20,000 bases of DNA. Source: Puccinia triticina. Its lineage: Eukaryota. Of the stretch, positions 1 through 10,059 are shown piece after piece; position 1 is the stretch's first letter, and each line of letters opens with the position of its first letter. The position numbers and the translations under genes are program-made. Where the stretch lies: positions 8,860,352 through 8,880,351 of the forward strand of contig CP110439.1 of NCBI GenBank assembly GCA_026914245.1. The letters are read 5' to 3'. The notes below the pieces were generated by a model that saw nothing but the letters and a program-made list of their open reading frames with translations, was not told where the DNA came from and searched no databases.

Positions 1-2765
1 TCCCTGGTTGAGGGAGGAATTCCAAGAGACGTGGTACACAGAGCAAACCAGGGATCTGCTAAAGGCAAGGAGACAGTGGCCAAGACAAACATGAGTGCTT
101 TTGCTTGGCGGAAAGGCATGGAAACCGCCGGCAGTGAAACAGGAAGTGCATTCCATCAAGACTGGAGAGGTCTTTTTGGGCAAACAGCTGGAAAGGATGG
201 ATCTTGATTTGATCCTGTCAAAGCCTCAGCCAAAGGCGACTCTCAGTAAGGTTCCACCGGCACTGGTGCGGTATACAAAATGGGAAAAATCAAAAGTTTT
301 CTCTCATAAGTATATTTAACCAATAGAAGGCCTCGCGGTACATTTCAACGGACCCCAGAAATGGATTCTACGGCCAAATCAACTCCTAGTTCCCACTGGA
401 AGCGTAGCCAGAGCCCCACTACACTGGAGGTTAGCCCTTTTGGACAACCTGTAGCATCTCATCAAAGCCCTGTCACGCATCTCAAGCCACCTTTCCCTCA
501 CTTACACATACACTCCCATATGTTCCCCGCTCCACTCTAGCTCCACTGCATATATTAGTTTGTATTTGTTTGCCATCTGCATTACATCATGTAGCACTGC
601 CCTGCAACCCCATTGTTTGAAGGGGAATGAGCTGGGAACCAGTGATTTCCCCCCTGTCCATGGCAGGGGCTAAGTTAGGTTGGCACCTGAGGTGATCCAG
701 ATGAGGCCCGGGCTCTGGCTCTTGTGTCATGCGTACGCGGTCACGGCCAGACCTTGTGGGATTCATATAGGAATACCCCATTGTCAAGGGGGTCAGGAAA
801 GCCCTCTCAGCAGACTTCTTCCTCCCCCCTCAGATCTCCAGAGCCATCCTCACTTCTGAGTTGCTCTCACATTTAAAAAAAAACCAATAGACTTGCTTGC
901 ATTGTTCCACACCTTGGGAGTTTGCTCAGCACTTGTGTGCAAGTGCCATCCTTGAACTTGGTCATAGATTTGGTTGGATCTCAGTTACATACTGGTTTGA
1001 AGGCAAGTTCACATCTGTCACAACATATTCTGATGATAAGTTGAACAACAGTTGATCTGTTGTGTAGTGTATATGTAGAAAGTGCCAGAGATGTTTGCTG
1101 AATGTAAGCACAATGTGATTATATATATTCCTTGATTCAAAATTTCAACCCAATATTCTAATATGTTGTATGTACATGATGCAGCTCATGCGGGTTTTCA
1201 ACCCACATCCCTGGTGGTTTCTGGGGAAACACCTTTTCTATAATATCAGGGGGAATACCCTTCAAAAGGAAGTGTGTGGGCTCAGCTAGCCCTTACTAGT
1301 GCCTGTGTCACCATATTGTCAGGTATAAGCAAATCACAAATAAGTAGTATGGTACAGGTCCCCTAACATTGTTTGATGAGCTATGTACAAAGGTATCTTC
1401 AAGAGTATGATAATCAGGAGCAAAATCCTGATATGCTTTTCCTGGTTTGAGTCTTTCAAACCAAAGAGGCAGTTGATCCATCAAATATCCGAATCAGAGA
1501 GGTGCTGATGTTTGTTTGCCAAGCTTTGTAGGTTACATCAATATCAAATATTGTGCCCTGCATGCACAGTTAATATTTAAGATTAAGCGTAGGACAATGT
1601 GTATTGCAAGATGTTTTCAGGGGCATTCTATGATTTTGTAAAATAGATAACAGAGAGGTACTGAACAGATGCATACCATTTGTGTCTCAACTCCCCCTGT
1701 TTTTCAAAACAATCCAGCTCTAGTCTTTCCAAATCCCCCTTAGTCATGTCAAACATACTATGCCTTGGTCAATTCATCATACCTATTAGTTCCCACACTC
1801 AAGCTTCCTTTCCTGATCACCCACAACAGGCATTCCTGCAGCGAAGTCAGGAACACATCAATTTCACGTGTGGTGTGCACCCAAGCAGCTGGTTGGAGAT
1901 CTCAGTCAAGTTCAAAGCTACTTCCTTGGTCCATTGCTAGGTCCTGTGGGTACCTGCTCAACAACTATAACTGAAGAGGGAATGGAATCTTCTGAAACAT
2001 CACTTATCAAGGTTAGAGATTTCTTTCACCACCCCAAAAAGCAAGGCAATGGGTGCACATTGCCATGCTCAAACATTTATGTAAACCCACTTGTATGTAC
2101 CACAAATAGAAGTGAAACCTGTGGTGTATATGTTTTTTATTTGCTTCTTATCCCTTCCCAAACTTGCCCCTACAAACATCTTATGTTGACATTTGTGACA
2201 TCTACCTTCAAAAAAAATCTCAAAAGCTTGGAGTTCATTTGAAAATTTCTTCTTTTCTGTGTCATTGTGAGAATGAATCAATCCAATTTTTCCTCCTATG
2301 GCAGGTCACCTGATTTCCAGTTGAAATTTATCCAAACACAGCACTAGTATAGCTGTCAATGAATTGAGTTAATTAACCTTTTTTGTAGTTTCAGGCAGAA
2401 GTATTCCCAAGTTTTTCAACAGGCTCTCATTACTGAAATTAACTTATATGAAAATAGGCAAAAAAGCAACAAACCAGGCAGTGGCCACAGAAATTTCTGA
2501 ACCATTATGACCTAGGCATTTATCTGCCATCAAATATTCACTTTCAATTCAAAAGCAAGAAAGAGAAAATTGAAAATACTACCCAGACAGAAAAATTCAA
2601 GCCAGCCAACATTTCAGACAGAAGCCAGTAGGTACAAGTGATAAGTTTAACATAGAGTAACAGTAAGTATTTATTTGGGGAAAGTAATATGATAGAATTA
2701 AAGTATTTTAGACAGGAATACTGTTTTGGAAAGCAACACAAAATTGCTTATTTTGCAGCGACAGC

Positions 2766-5280
2766 TCAAGGGACTTGAAATTGTTTTGCCGGGAATTGGT
2801 TTTGGAGACAAACAAGGAAGTTGGAGGTAATTGCTTGGGCAAGTTGTGTTATTTGCAGCCGGTGGAAATTGAAAAGGCAGTTGGGGGTTAGGAAAGCATC
2901 AATGAAAACACTATCAATATACGCGCCTGTACTTTTCCAAACAGGTTCCAAACCCTTGTGTTGAGGAATACTGTTTTTGAAGATGTGTTTGATGGCACCC
3001 AAGAATCCCAAAGCTGATGCAACGGAGGCAAACTGACGATTGTTAGGAGTCAAAATAAGGCCACAAACGCCGGCCACAAGGTAGAGGCAGAACGGGGTAT
3101 AATTGTGTCGTGAGCGATGTTGGTCGAGTTCCTTCTTTTGGAGAACTAAGGCTTGACTTTCAGCAGAAGGTGTGTCCGGTTCAGCGTTGGCAAGCGCAGA
3201 CCCTCTTATGATTGAGTAAGTGATGAATATGTCGATTATCAAGTCATGGAACTGAATCAGGGGTTTGAGCGACATCTTGTTGTGTATCTTTCCGTCTTCT
3301 GCATTCATTTTGGGTGTAGAAGCCTCACAGCTATTGAGATACTCAACAATGTGCAAATGGGAGCCAAGGTTTGTGTTGTCCAAGTTGTTGATTGGAGGTG
3401 GTTTGACGGCGAATTCCTGTGCAGTCAACTGGATAGAAGATGCAATGCAGTTTGCCCATCGAGACAAATTGACCTTTGATGGTTTTTGGATTTCGTGAAG
3501 TAAGAGGACCAGGGGATATTTGACATGCTTGCTTGCATTCAACTCGGGTAGTTTTGCCGACTTGAGCTGTGGAATATTGATCAAGCTAGGTGCATACCAT
3601 GGCTCATCATTGGCCAGTAATAATATGACGTCCACTACCGCTGAACAACAAAAACTTTAGCTGGGTGAACTGAAAAGGAGATAAAAACAAGTTAAACTCA
3701 CAATATGTTTGGATTTCTTTTAGCCATACTTTGTGTGTAGATTTGGACTGAAACAAGCTGAACTGAGGTAATTCGGGTGGTGGGGTTCTCTTGTGCATGG
3801 ATTTGGCTTGGCAGTCAATGAATGAATTGACGGAATTATGCGCGGACAAAATTTTTTGACGATTGAGATGGCCTTGGAAAGTCTTCAGAATGGAATGCAC
3901 CTCAAACCTGAGCGATTCCTTTTGGATAAAAGTGATGGGACTGGGCTGAGGTGTAGATGTCAAAGGAGCTGCGGTTTGAGCTGAAGGTGCAGTGGGTGCA
4001 GGAGTTGGGCCTCCAGTTGGAGCTGCTCGGAGGGTGATCATGGGAGCCGGTGGAGGTTGAAGCAGAGGGGCATTGGTGATATTGGCCGGTGGAGGGATGG
4101 ACGGTCCCGACATTTGAAGGATTAAACCAAGATCCGACGGACTTTTGACCCCAGTCAAGGATGGTAAGGCCGGAGGGGGGTTAATTACAGCCCCGGTTGA
4201 GGTTGTTATGGACAGATTTGAATTTGACCCGAATGACAACTGGGTGGTAGCAAGCCCTGGTTCAGTGGTTGCTGCAGTGGAGGTTGAGGAGCTGGTAGGT
4301 TTGGGTTGGTGGCCAGGGAAATCTTGAGAGGTTGAAGGTGCTTTTGAAGAGGATTTCAAAAAAAAAACATTCAAACTTAAGAACATGGGGAATGTGAATA
4401 AGAGTGAGTCAGTATGCAAAGCTTACCCATATGTTGTGCGGGTGACTGGGCATCATTGATGTCTTTGACAGCACCGAGGGGTTTTGGATTGTCTTGGCTG
4501 GTTGACGGGGAAACATTGGAGACTTTGGAGGGAAGCTCCGGATGGGGAAAGTTGATTCCCAACAATGAATTTGTGTCCTCAATGCAGAGACGTTTGGCAG
4601 GTGGTTTCGACGCGGAGTGACTTTGAGAGGCCTGGTCTCTGTCCTCGTCCTCGTCAGACTCATTTGTCAATTCAATAAAATCCTCCGGTGGGATTGGCTT
4701 CCCTTCGCGCACATCTGGAAGAATCTGGGGAGTCAGGACTTTACAATACGCATGGGGAATGGAATAGAAACTTGATCACCTTGCTTTCTCTTTTGGCACT
4801 GGTCATGAATGTTTCGGAGCCCAGAGATGATAGTCGCCGGGGTGACCCAAATTGACTCCGACAGACCCAAAGCTTGCTGTATAATTTCCTCCAGCTTTGA
4901 GCAACTGGTGACATACTCTTTTTTTCCAGCTTGCTTTTGCTCACTACGGAGGAGGGTTGGTGGAAGACTTGTCTTGTAGTTTGCATAGGCCTCAAGAGAC
5001 GGTGCCGGTCCTTTGAGGGTATCTAAAGCTACAGATTTCAGAGTGGTATTCAGCAACAATAAGCCAATGTCAGGGCGGGTCTCTATAGTGATGCCGCCGT
5101 GAATAGAAACCTTCGAGATATCAAAGGTTTGAGCTGTTCTCAGCTGTCACAGCTGGGTGCTGGAGCTCGACTTGGCCGCGCAGGAGCAAGGAGGAAGCCG
5201 CGCCTTCTTCGGAAGGGGCTGGTTGAGCAAATACAACCTGGAGCCTTTATGAGAAGGCTCACGAGAAGGGTAGTCCTTTC
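2766..5280 (-). pseudogene. Multi-exon hypothetical protein gene A (Pro/Ser/Thr-rich linker plus C-terminal helical domain), probably pseudogenised
   Basis: ORFs 4733..5059, 4377..4712, 3607..4419 and 2766..3635 lie in series. Introns 4779..4715 (GTGATC..CTGAC..CAG) and 3701..3641 (GTGAGT..CAG) are both phase 1 and frame-preserving. The donor at 4426 (GTAAGC) has no frame-preserving acceptor that I could find near the T10 run. The frame extends upstream of 5059 (PKKARL) but has an in-frame TGA at 5149..5147. Start codon not located, so the 5' coordinate is approximate. Confidence 0.65.
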
Positions 5281-5512
5281 TAGGACGGAGGAGGGAAAAG
5301 GAAGAGGCCCGACTTACCTAGTCAAACCGGGGAGTCGGGTCAAGAGTGGAAAGGATGAAAAAGGAAAAGAGGATCAAGAATAACCCCAATCATTGTGTTC
5401 GGCGTAAGCGGTCAAATACAACAATAAAGTCGGGTGTGGTAACTGATCTGGGGAGCTCTTCCTTGGGGACAAGCTCCTCGTACTTATACTCATGTTTTGC
5501 GTGGCCAACTAG

Positions 5513-6317
5513 TGGTTAAAAGATTTCACAATACTAAAGGCGTTTATTGCTCATAAGAAAAATGGTCTATCTGCCAAACACAGAGACGAGAGAATAATGA
5601 AAAACAATGTTTTACCTAAAGGCGGAAAGTTGGCCGACTAAGGTGTAGCAATAAAGAATATTGTCGTTGGAATAAGATAGAAAAAGGCTGCAGTGCAGCT
5701 AAGATCGCGCGGTGGCGATAGAGACAATAGCGTCTAAGAGAGGCAACTGCGCACAGCATCAGTGCTAAGACTTCAGGGAAGGAAGTTTAAGAGAGAGAGA
5801 TTCTCTTACATGGACTCAGTAGGTGGAGCGCTTAACACTTGCCTAACCAAGCTAAAAGACTTTGGATACTCCTGGTATCTGTGGATTGTAAGTCCTAATG
5901 ATTAGCATCTAAGTGCTATTGTATGGCACAGCAGCGCAGGGCTTACCTTCTCTTGAAGGGCTGGAGATCCTTTTGCTGAGGCTTGAACCCGATGGGTCTA
6001 GATGGGTGTCAGAGATTGGCGTGCTGTGTTAAGGATAAGTATCCCTTCAGCATTGCTGTCCTAGCTATGGCAAACCCGGCTTCCCAACTTACCTGGAAGG
6101 TGGTTGGATCCGCTTGGGTTGCTTCGGCACTTCGTCTATTGTCGACGTGGCTGTGGGGAGAGGAACAGAGTTTCAGCATGCACTTACTTCTTCTGTCTGG
6201 GAGTCGCATGCATATGCATGGACCTAGGGAATGCGCGGACTTACCGCTCCCCCTTGCAGGGTTAGGGCTTCGCTCCTTGCGCTTCCTTTGGACTGGGTCA
6301 GGCCCTGAGTCTTGACA
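5513..6317 (-). repeat. 3' LTR of the copia element (~805 bp)
   Basis: Starts TGTCAAGACTC directly after the PPT and ends ..AATAAACGCCTTTAGTATTGTGAAATCTTTTAACCA, which is homologous to the solo LTR end (AATAAAACAACTCTTAGTCTTGTGAATTCTCACA). Length matches the 803-bp reconstructed solo LTR. Confidence 0.9.
5832..6317 (-). CDS. Predicted spliced LTR-encoded 84-aa ORF, in frame with upstream pol; exons 6317..6245, 6150..6093, 6023..5947, 5878..5832
   Basis: Donors GTAAGT, GTAAGT, GTAAGC with CAG acceptors. Product: CQDSGPDPVQRKRKERSPNPARGSATSTIDEVPKQPKRIQPPSSTPISDTHLDPSGSSLSKRISSPSREDTRSIQSLLAWLGKC*. Exon lengths are identical to those in the solo LTR. No transcript evidence is available. Confidence 0.75.
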
Positions 6318-6331
6318 TCCCGCCATGCTTT
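6318..6331 (-). promoter_or_regulatory. Polypurine tract (plus-strand primer site)
   Basis: AAAGCATGGCGGGA lies immediately 5' of the LTR TG on the minus strand, downstream of RNase H. Confidence 0.75.
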
Positions 6332-6794
6332 GAGCTGGTAGGATTGAAGCAACCATGGACACAGGCTTTATACCGATGATTTCAAGTGCTCTTCCAATAA
6401 TGACTCTGCCAACCGGTTTAGTGAGAAAGTCTGCGGCATTGGCCTCGGAGCGTATGTAATTGAGCTGGATCAATTTTTGAATGATAAGCTCCCTGACAAA
6501 ATGAAGTCGTATTGACATGTGCTTAGTCCGAAAGCTATTCTGAGATGTTTCAGATTTAGCTAGATCAATTGCGCCGCGGTTGTCCACTAGAACCTGAACA
6601 TTTGTTAGATTGTTCATGATCTTAACTTCAGATATGAGATTTGAGAGCCAGGCAAGCTTGCGGCCCAAGTCCGACAGGGCCTTATATTTGGCTTCCGTAG
6701 TTGATAAAGACACCGTTGCTTGCTTTGAGGACTTCCAGGCTAGCAAGTGAGTCCCAGCCATGATGGTAAAGCCAGTCAATGATTGTCTGGTATC
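6318..6794 (-). pseudogene. pol: Copia pol, RNase H domain (separated from RT by the solo LTR insertion)
   Basis: ORF 6009..6800 contains DTRQSLTGF, WKSSKQATVSLSTTEAKY, VDNRGAI, RTKHMSIRLHFVRE and NAADFLTKP. There is no stop before the LTR. Confidence 0.95.
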
Positions 6795-7288
6795 TGTCAA
6801 GACTCGGGCTTGTCCCTAGGGCGCATGAAGCGCAAGGAACGAAACCCTAACCCCGCAAGGGGCGAAGGTGAGTTTCTAGGCCCATGCATATGCATGTGGC
6901 TCCAAGACAGTAGTTTGATGCGCATGCTGAAAACTCTGTTCCTCTCCATAGCCACGTCAACGCCAGACGAAGAGCCTAAGCGACCAAAGCGAAGCGGACC
7001 CCGAATCAGGTAAGTCATGCTCGTATAAGGTTAGCCATAGCTAGGAAAGCGCAGATGACTGATTGCTACTATATGTACAAATCAGCAGCAAGCTCGCAAC
7101 CAACGCCACCTCAGACCCAAAGGGTTTCAGCATCAACGACCGTATATCGGACCCCTCCACAGGAGGTGAGTTAATCGTTGTAGAAGCTAAAAATTAGGCT
7201 ATGAGAATCAGAAGACTGACTGCTTGTCACCCTTGCGTTAGACAGCAGCTGCTTTGATTCCTTAGCAGCTCGAATCTGGAGTCCGTGA
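6795..7288 (+). CDS. Predicted spliced LTR-encoded 84-aa ORF, solo-LTR copy; exons 6795..6867, 6952..7009, 7089..7165 (NAGNAG alternative start 7086), 7242..7288
   Basis: Donors GTGAGT, GTAAGT, GTGAGT; branch-like CTGAA, CTGAT, CTGAC; acceptors TAG, CAG, TAG. Product: CQDSGLSLGRMKRKERNPNPARGEATSTPDEEPKRPKRSGPRISKLATNATSDPKGFSINDRISDPSTGDSSCFDSLAARIWSP*. It is detached from any pol here; there is an internal ATG at 6825. Confidence 0.7.
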
Positions 7289-7386
7289 AGGATTAAGCTC
7301 CATCAAGCCCAAGTAAGAAACATCTTACTTGTTAGCTCAACTACGATTGAGGTTAGGCGCTGATACTGACACCAGTCACTCTGATA

Positions 7387-8325
7387 CACCAGCAAAATAA
7401 AATAGTCAGTTGATGACAAGTGACATTACACCAGCTCCAGCCAGCTACCCACCATATATCCAATATCTATCCACTATCTACCCCAATCTCCCAACCATCT
7501 CCTCAACTTCCAAAATTTACCAAGGAGGTCCTGTTCAGTTTTTGATGAGCCCAACTGATCCTCAGTTCTTTCCAGCTAATACTCAGCTTTGGTATCCAGC
7601 TCATACTCAGCTTTTCTGCCCAGCTCATACTCAGCTTTTTCACGCAGCTCACTCTCAGAATTGGAAAAAAGCCGTTTGACCATTCCTTGCCCAGGTGATG
7701 CTCAGCTTTGTACTAGTCCTGGCGCAGCTGATGCTCAGCTTTGTACTAGTCCTGGCGCAGCTGATGCTCAGCTTTGTACTAGTCCTGGCGCAGCTGATGC
7801 TCAGCTTTGTACCAGTCCTTGCTTAGCGTTCTCCTAGTCCTGTCCCAGCTGATGCTCAGCTTTGGCCCAGTCCTGGGCCAGCTGGCCAGCTGATGCTCAG
7901 CTTGCTGAGCACCAGCTGAGCCAGGCCAGGGAAAACGATGGGAATCAGCTTGGACAGGACCAGAGCTGAAAATCAGCTAGGCTAGGGCCAAAGCTGAGCA
8001 TCAGCTGAGCCATGGACAAGGCTGAGCATCAGCTGTGCCAGGGCCAAAGATGATCATCAGGTGCCCAGTTCCAAAGCTGAGTATCAGCTGGGCCAGGGGA
8101 GAAACTGAGCATCAGCTGAGCCAGGGTAAAAGCTGAGCATCAGCTGGGCCAGGGCCAAAGCTGAGCATCATCTGGTTTTTTCACATTGAGTGCTTTGATC
8201 CTGACACCTATCATGTGAGCCCTAGATGTGCTGGTGGAGAGGAGCAGCATTGGAGCAGTGTTGGAGCTGAAACCAAATCTGTGTCATGTCGCTTGCCATC
8301 AAGTGACTACTTTTTTTTCCTGGTG
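7387..8325. mobile_element. Non-autonomous CACTA/EnSpm-like DNA transposon (939 bp)
   Basis: 45-bp TIRs at 7387-7431 and 8281-8325 (CACCAG.. / ..CTGGTG; 38/45 matches, ungapped). 3-bp TSD ATA at 7384-7386 and 8326-8328. Internal repeats occur in both orientations, and there is no transposase ORF. The superfamily call is inferred from the CAC termini and 3-bp TSD. Confidence 0.88.
7553..8170. repeat. Bidirectional array of the CAGCTGATGCTCAGCTT motif, including a 33-bp tandem repeat (~7692-7820)
   Basis: Forward copies run up to 7901 and reverse-complement copies (AAGCTGAGCATCAGCTG) start at 7904. GCTGATGCTCAGCTTTGTACTAGTCCTGGCGCA occurs about 4 times in tandem. Confidence 0.92.
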
Positions 8326-8539
8326 ATAGAACTTTTAGTTCTCCCAGCACGAAATCGTGTCCCAGCCTGCACTGCAGCGTTTTTCTTTTTCTTTCCTCAT
8401 TATCATAACTAGCCGGTCTTGTATCCACTCTTAGGTACATGACCGTTTCTTTTTTTCTCTCTACTTCTCTGAACATGTCAGATTTGATTACATACTTATA
8501 CAAGTAATAAAACAACTCTTAGTCTTGTGAATTCTCACA

Positions 8540-9685
8540 GTATTGGGACAATTCCCCCAGTCTGCGTCAATGTAGGCTTTGATAGAGTTGTCCTGGTTCT
8601 TCAAGTACGTAAGGCCGAGTGACTTGGTGCCCGACAAGTACCTATAAACTTGGATCGCCGCATGATAGTGGAGAATTCCGGGGTTCTTGAGGTACTGAGA
8701 TAGGGAGCTTACTGCATACAATATGTCGGGGCGCGTCAAGACGCTTAGATAGTTGAGAGAGCCAATTAGTGCTTGAAAGTTAACTCCGGTTTTCTTGAAG
8801 TCAGCGATTTCTTGTTGCGTTGCTCGTTTCAATTAAATAGGCCTTTGGGTTTAATGGACACAACGCGGGATGCAGCTTCTCAAGACTGAATTCTTCCAGC
8901 TTGCGGTCGATGAACTGAGCTTGATTGATATGTACTCCCTTCTCTGAGCGTTCAATATTCATCCCCAGGAGAAATTTTGCCTTGCCCAGGTATTTGATTT
9001 TAAATTCTGCTTCCATCTCTTCTTTAAACGCGAGAGGCTTCTTGCTGATGAACACTAGATCTTCCACGTGGGCATATACAAAGGTATCTTCCCTTCCTGG
9101 GATGTTAACGCGATAAAATACGCATGGGTCTGCAACTGAGATCAAGAAGCCGATTTTCTTCAGATACATTGACAGCCGATTGTACCATACGAGAGGGGCC
9201 TGCCGGAGGCCATAGATGGCCTTTTTGAGCTCTAAGACCGTGTTGGGCGGCATTTCTAGACCAGGAGGGGGTAAGAGCGTGACCTTGTCCTCTAGAGGAC
9301 AGGTCAAGAATGCACTTCGAACGTCTAATTGGTGAATCTCCAGATCGTTGTCCACAGCAAATGAGATGAAGAGTTGTAGCAAACAGGGACGACCTGTTGG
9401 AGCGTATCAAGCTTCATAGTTGAGACAGTAGGTTTGCCTGAATCCCTGCGCGCATATTCACGCTTTGAATTCTACAACCTGATTTTCAGGACCAAGTTTC
9501 TTGCAGAAGGCCCAGGTGGCCGGTATCGGCAAGTCTGACGGTGCACGAGATCTTTGGAGCCACACATTGTGTTGTATCATATTAGCTACCTCTTTGAGTT
9601 CCGCTTCCTTCCAGTCGAGGGATTCTTTAGAGTTCATTGCCTGTTTGTGGTTCTTTGGCTCAGCTTCCGCCGTAATATGATACAT
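8540..9685 (-). pseudogene. pol: Copia pol, reverse transcriptase (inactivated)
   Basis: ORFs 9458..9685, 8801..9382 and 8488..8832 contain EPKNHKQAM, FKA*ICAQGFRQ, QLDVRSAFL and YGLRQAP. The catalytic motif reads HVED instead of (Y/H)VDD. Two in-frame TGA stops and a frameshift near 8830. Confidence 0.95.
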
Positions 9686-10059
9686 CTGCCGTCTGCTGTA
9701 AGTGCAAATGTTGCCGGGATCAATATCGCTGGTTATGCGCGTAGGATGACGCGGGCCTATGACTTTTATTTGGGGGCAAGAGGTGGGTTCGATGGGGTGG
9801 TCAAGTTCTTCCTGTGGATTCTCTGAGTCTTGCTGCCGTTCCTCTCGCTTGTCTTGTTCCTCATCGTCAAGGCAAGGGCCCGGGGCAAGCTCATTCAGAA
9901 TTCTGTTGATATCAGATTCTTCCTCTTGCTCATCCTCTTCTACCTGCCTTTGCGACTCCAGTTCTTCCTCCTCTCCGAACAGTAATGGATCGGATTCTGT
10001 GAAAGCTGGCAGCTTGTTGATACCAAAAGCGTTGTGGCTCCTGTTCAGCGCAGGACACT

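Larger units (their letters stand above)
6795..8539 (+). mobile_element. Solo LTR of a related copia family, opposite orientation (803 bp once the nested element is removed)
   Basis: TG..CA termini and a 5-bp TSD GTATC (6790-6794) / GTATT (8540-8544). Removing it restores DADWGNCP(D/N)TRQSLTG. It is homologous to the host LTR at both ends. Confidence 0.93.

Noticed and set aside
6258..6267. Telomere-like GGGTTAGGG / CCCTAACCC in both LTRs (also ~6845)
   Set aside because: Only about 1.5 units, and explained by the conserved Pro-Asn-Pro codons of LTR exon 1.
7553..8170. CRISPR-like repeat-spacer array
   Set aside because: Eukaryotic context, spacers are short and mutually similar, orientation flips midway, and the array is enclosed by TIRs with a TSD. 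No cas genes.
7377..8208. Alternative insertion boundaries (CACTC..GAGTG, or direct repeat CTGACACC at 7366/8201)
   Set aside because: No matching TSD or extended TIR. The 7387-8325 boundaries give 45-bp TIRs, a perfect TSD and the correct LTR length.
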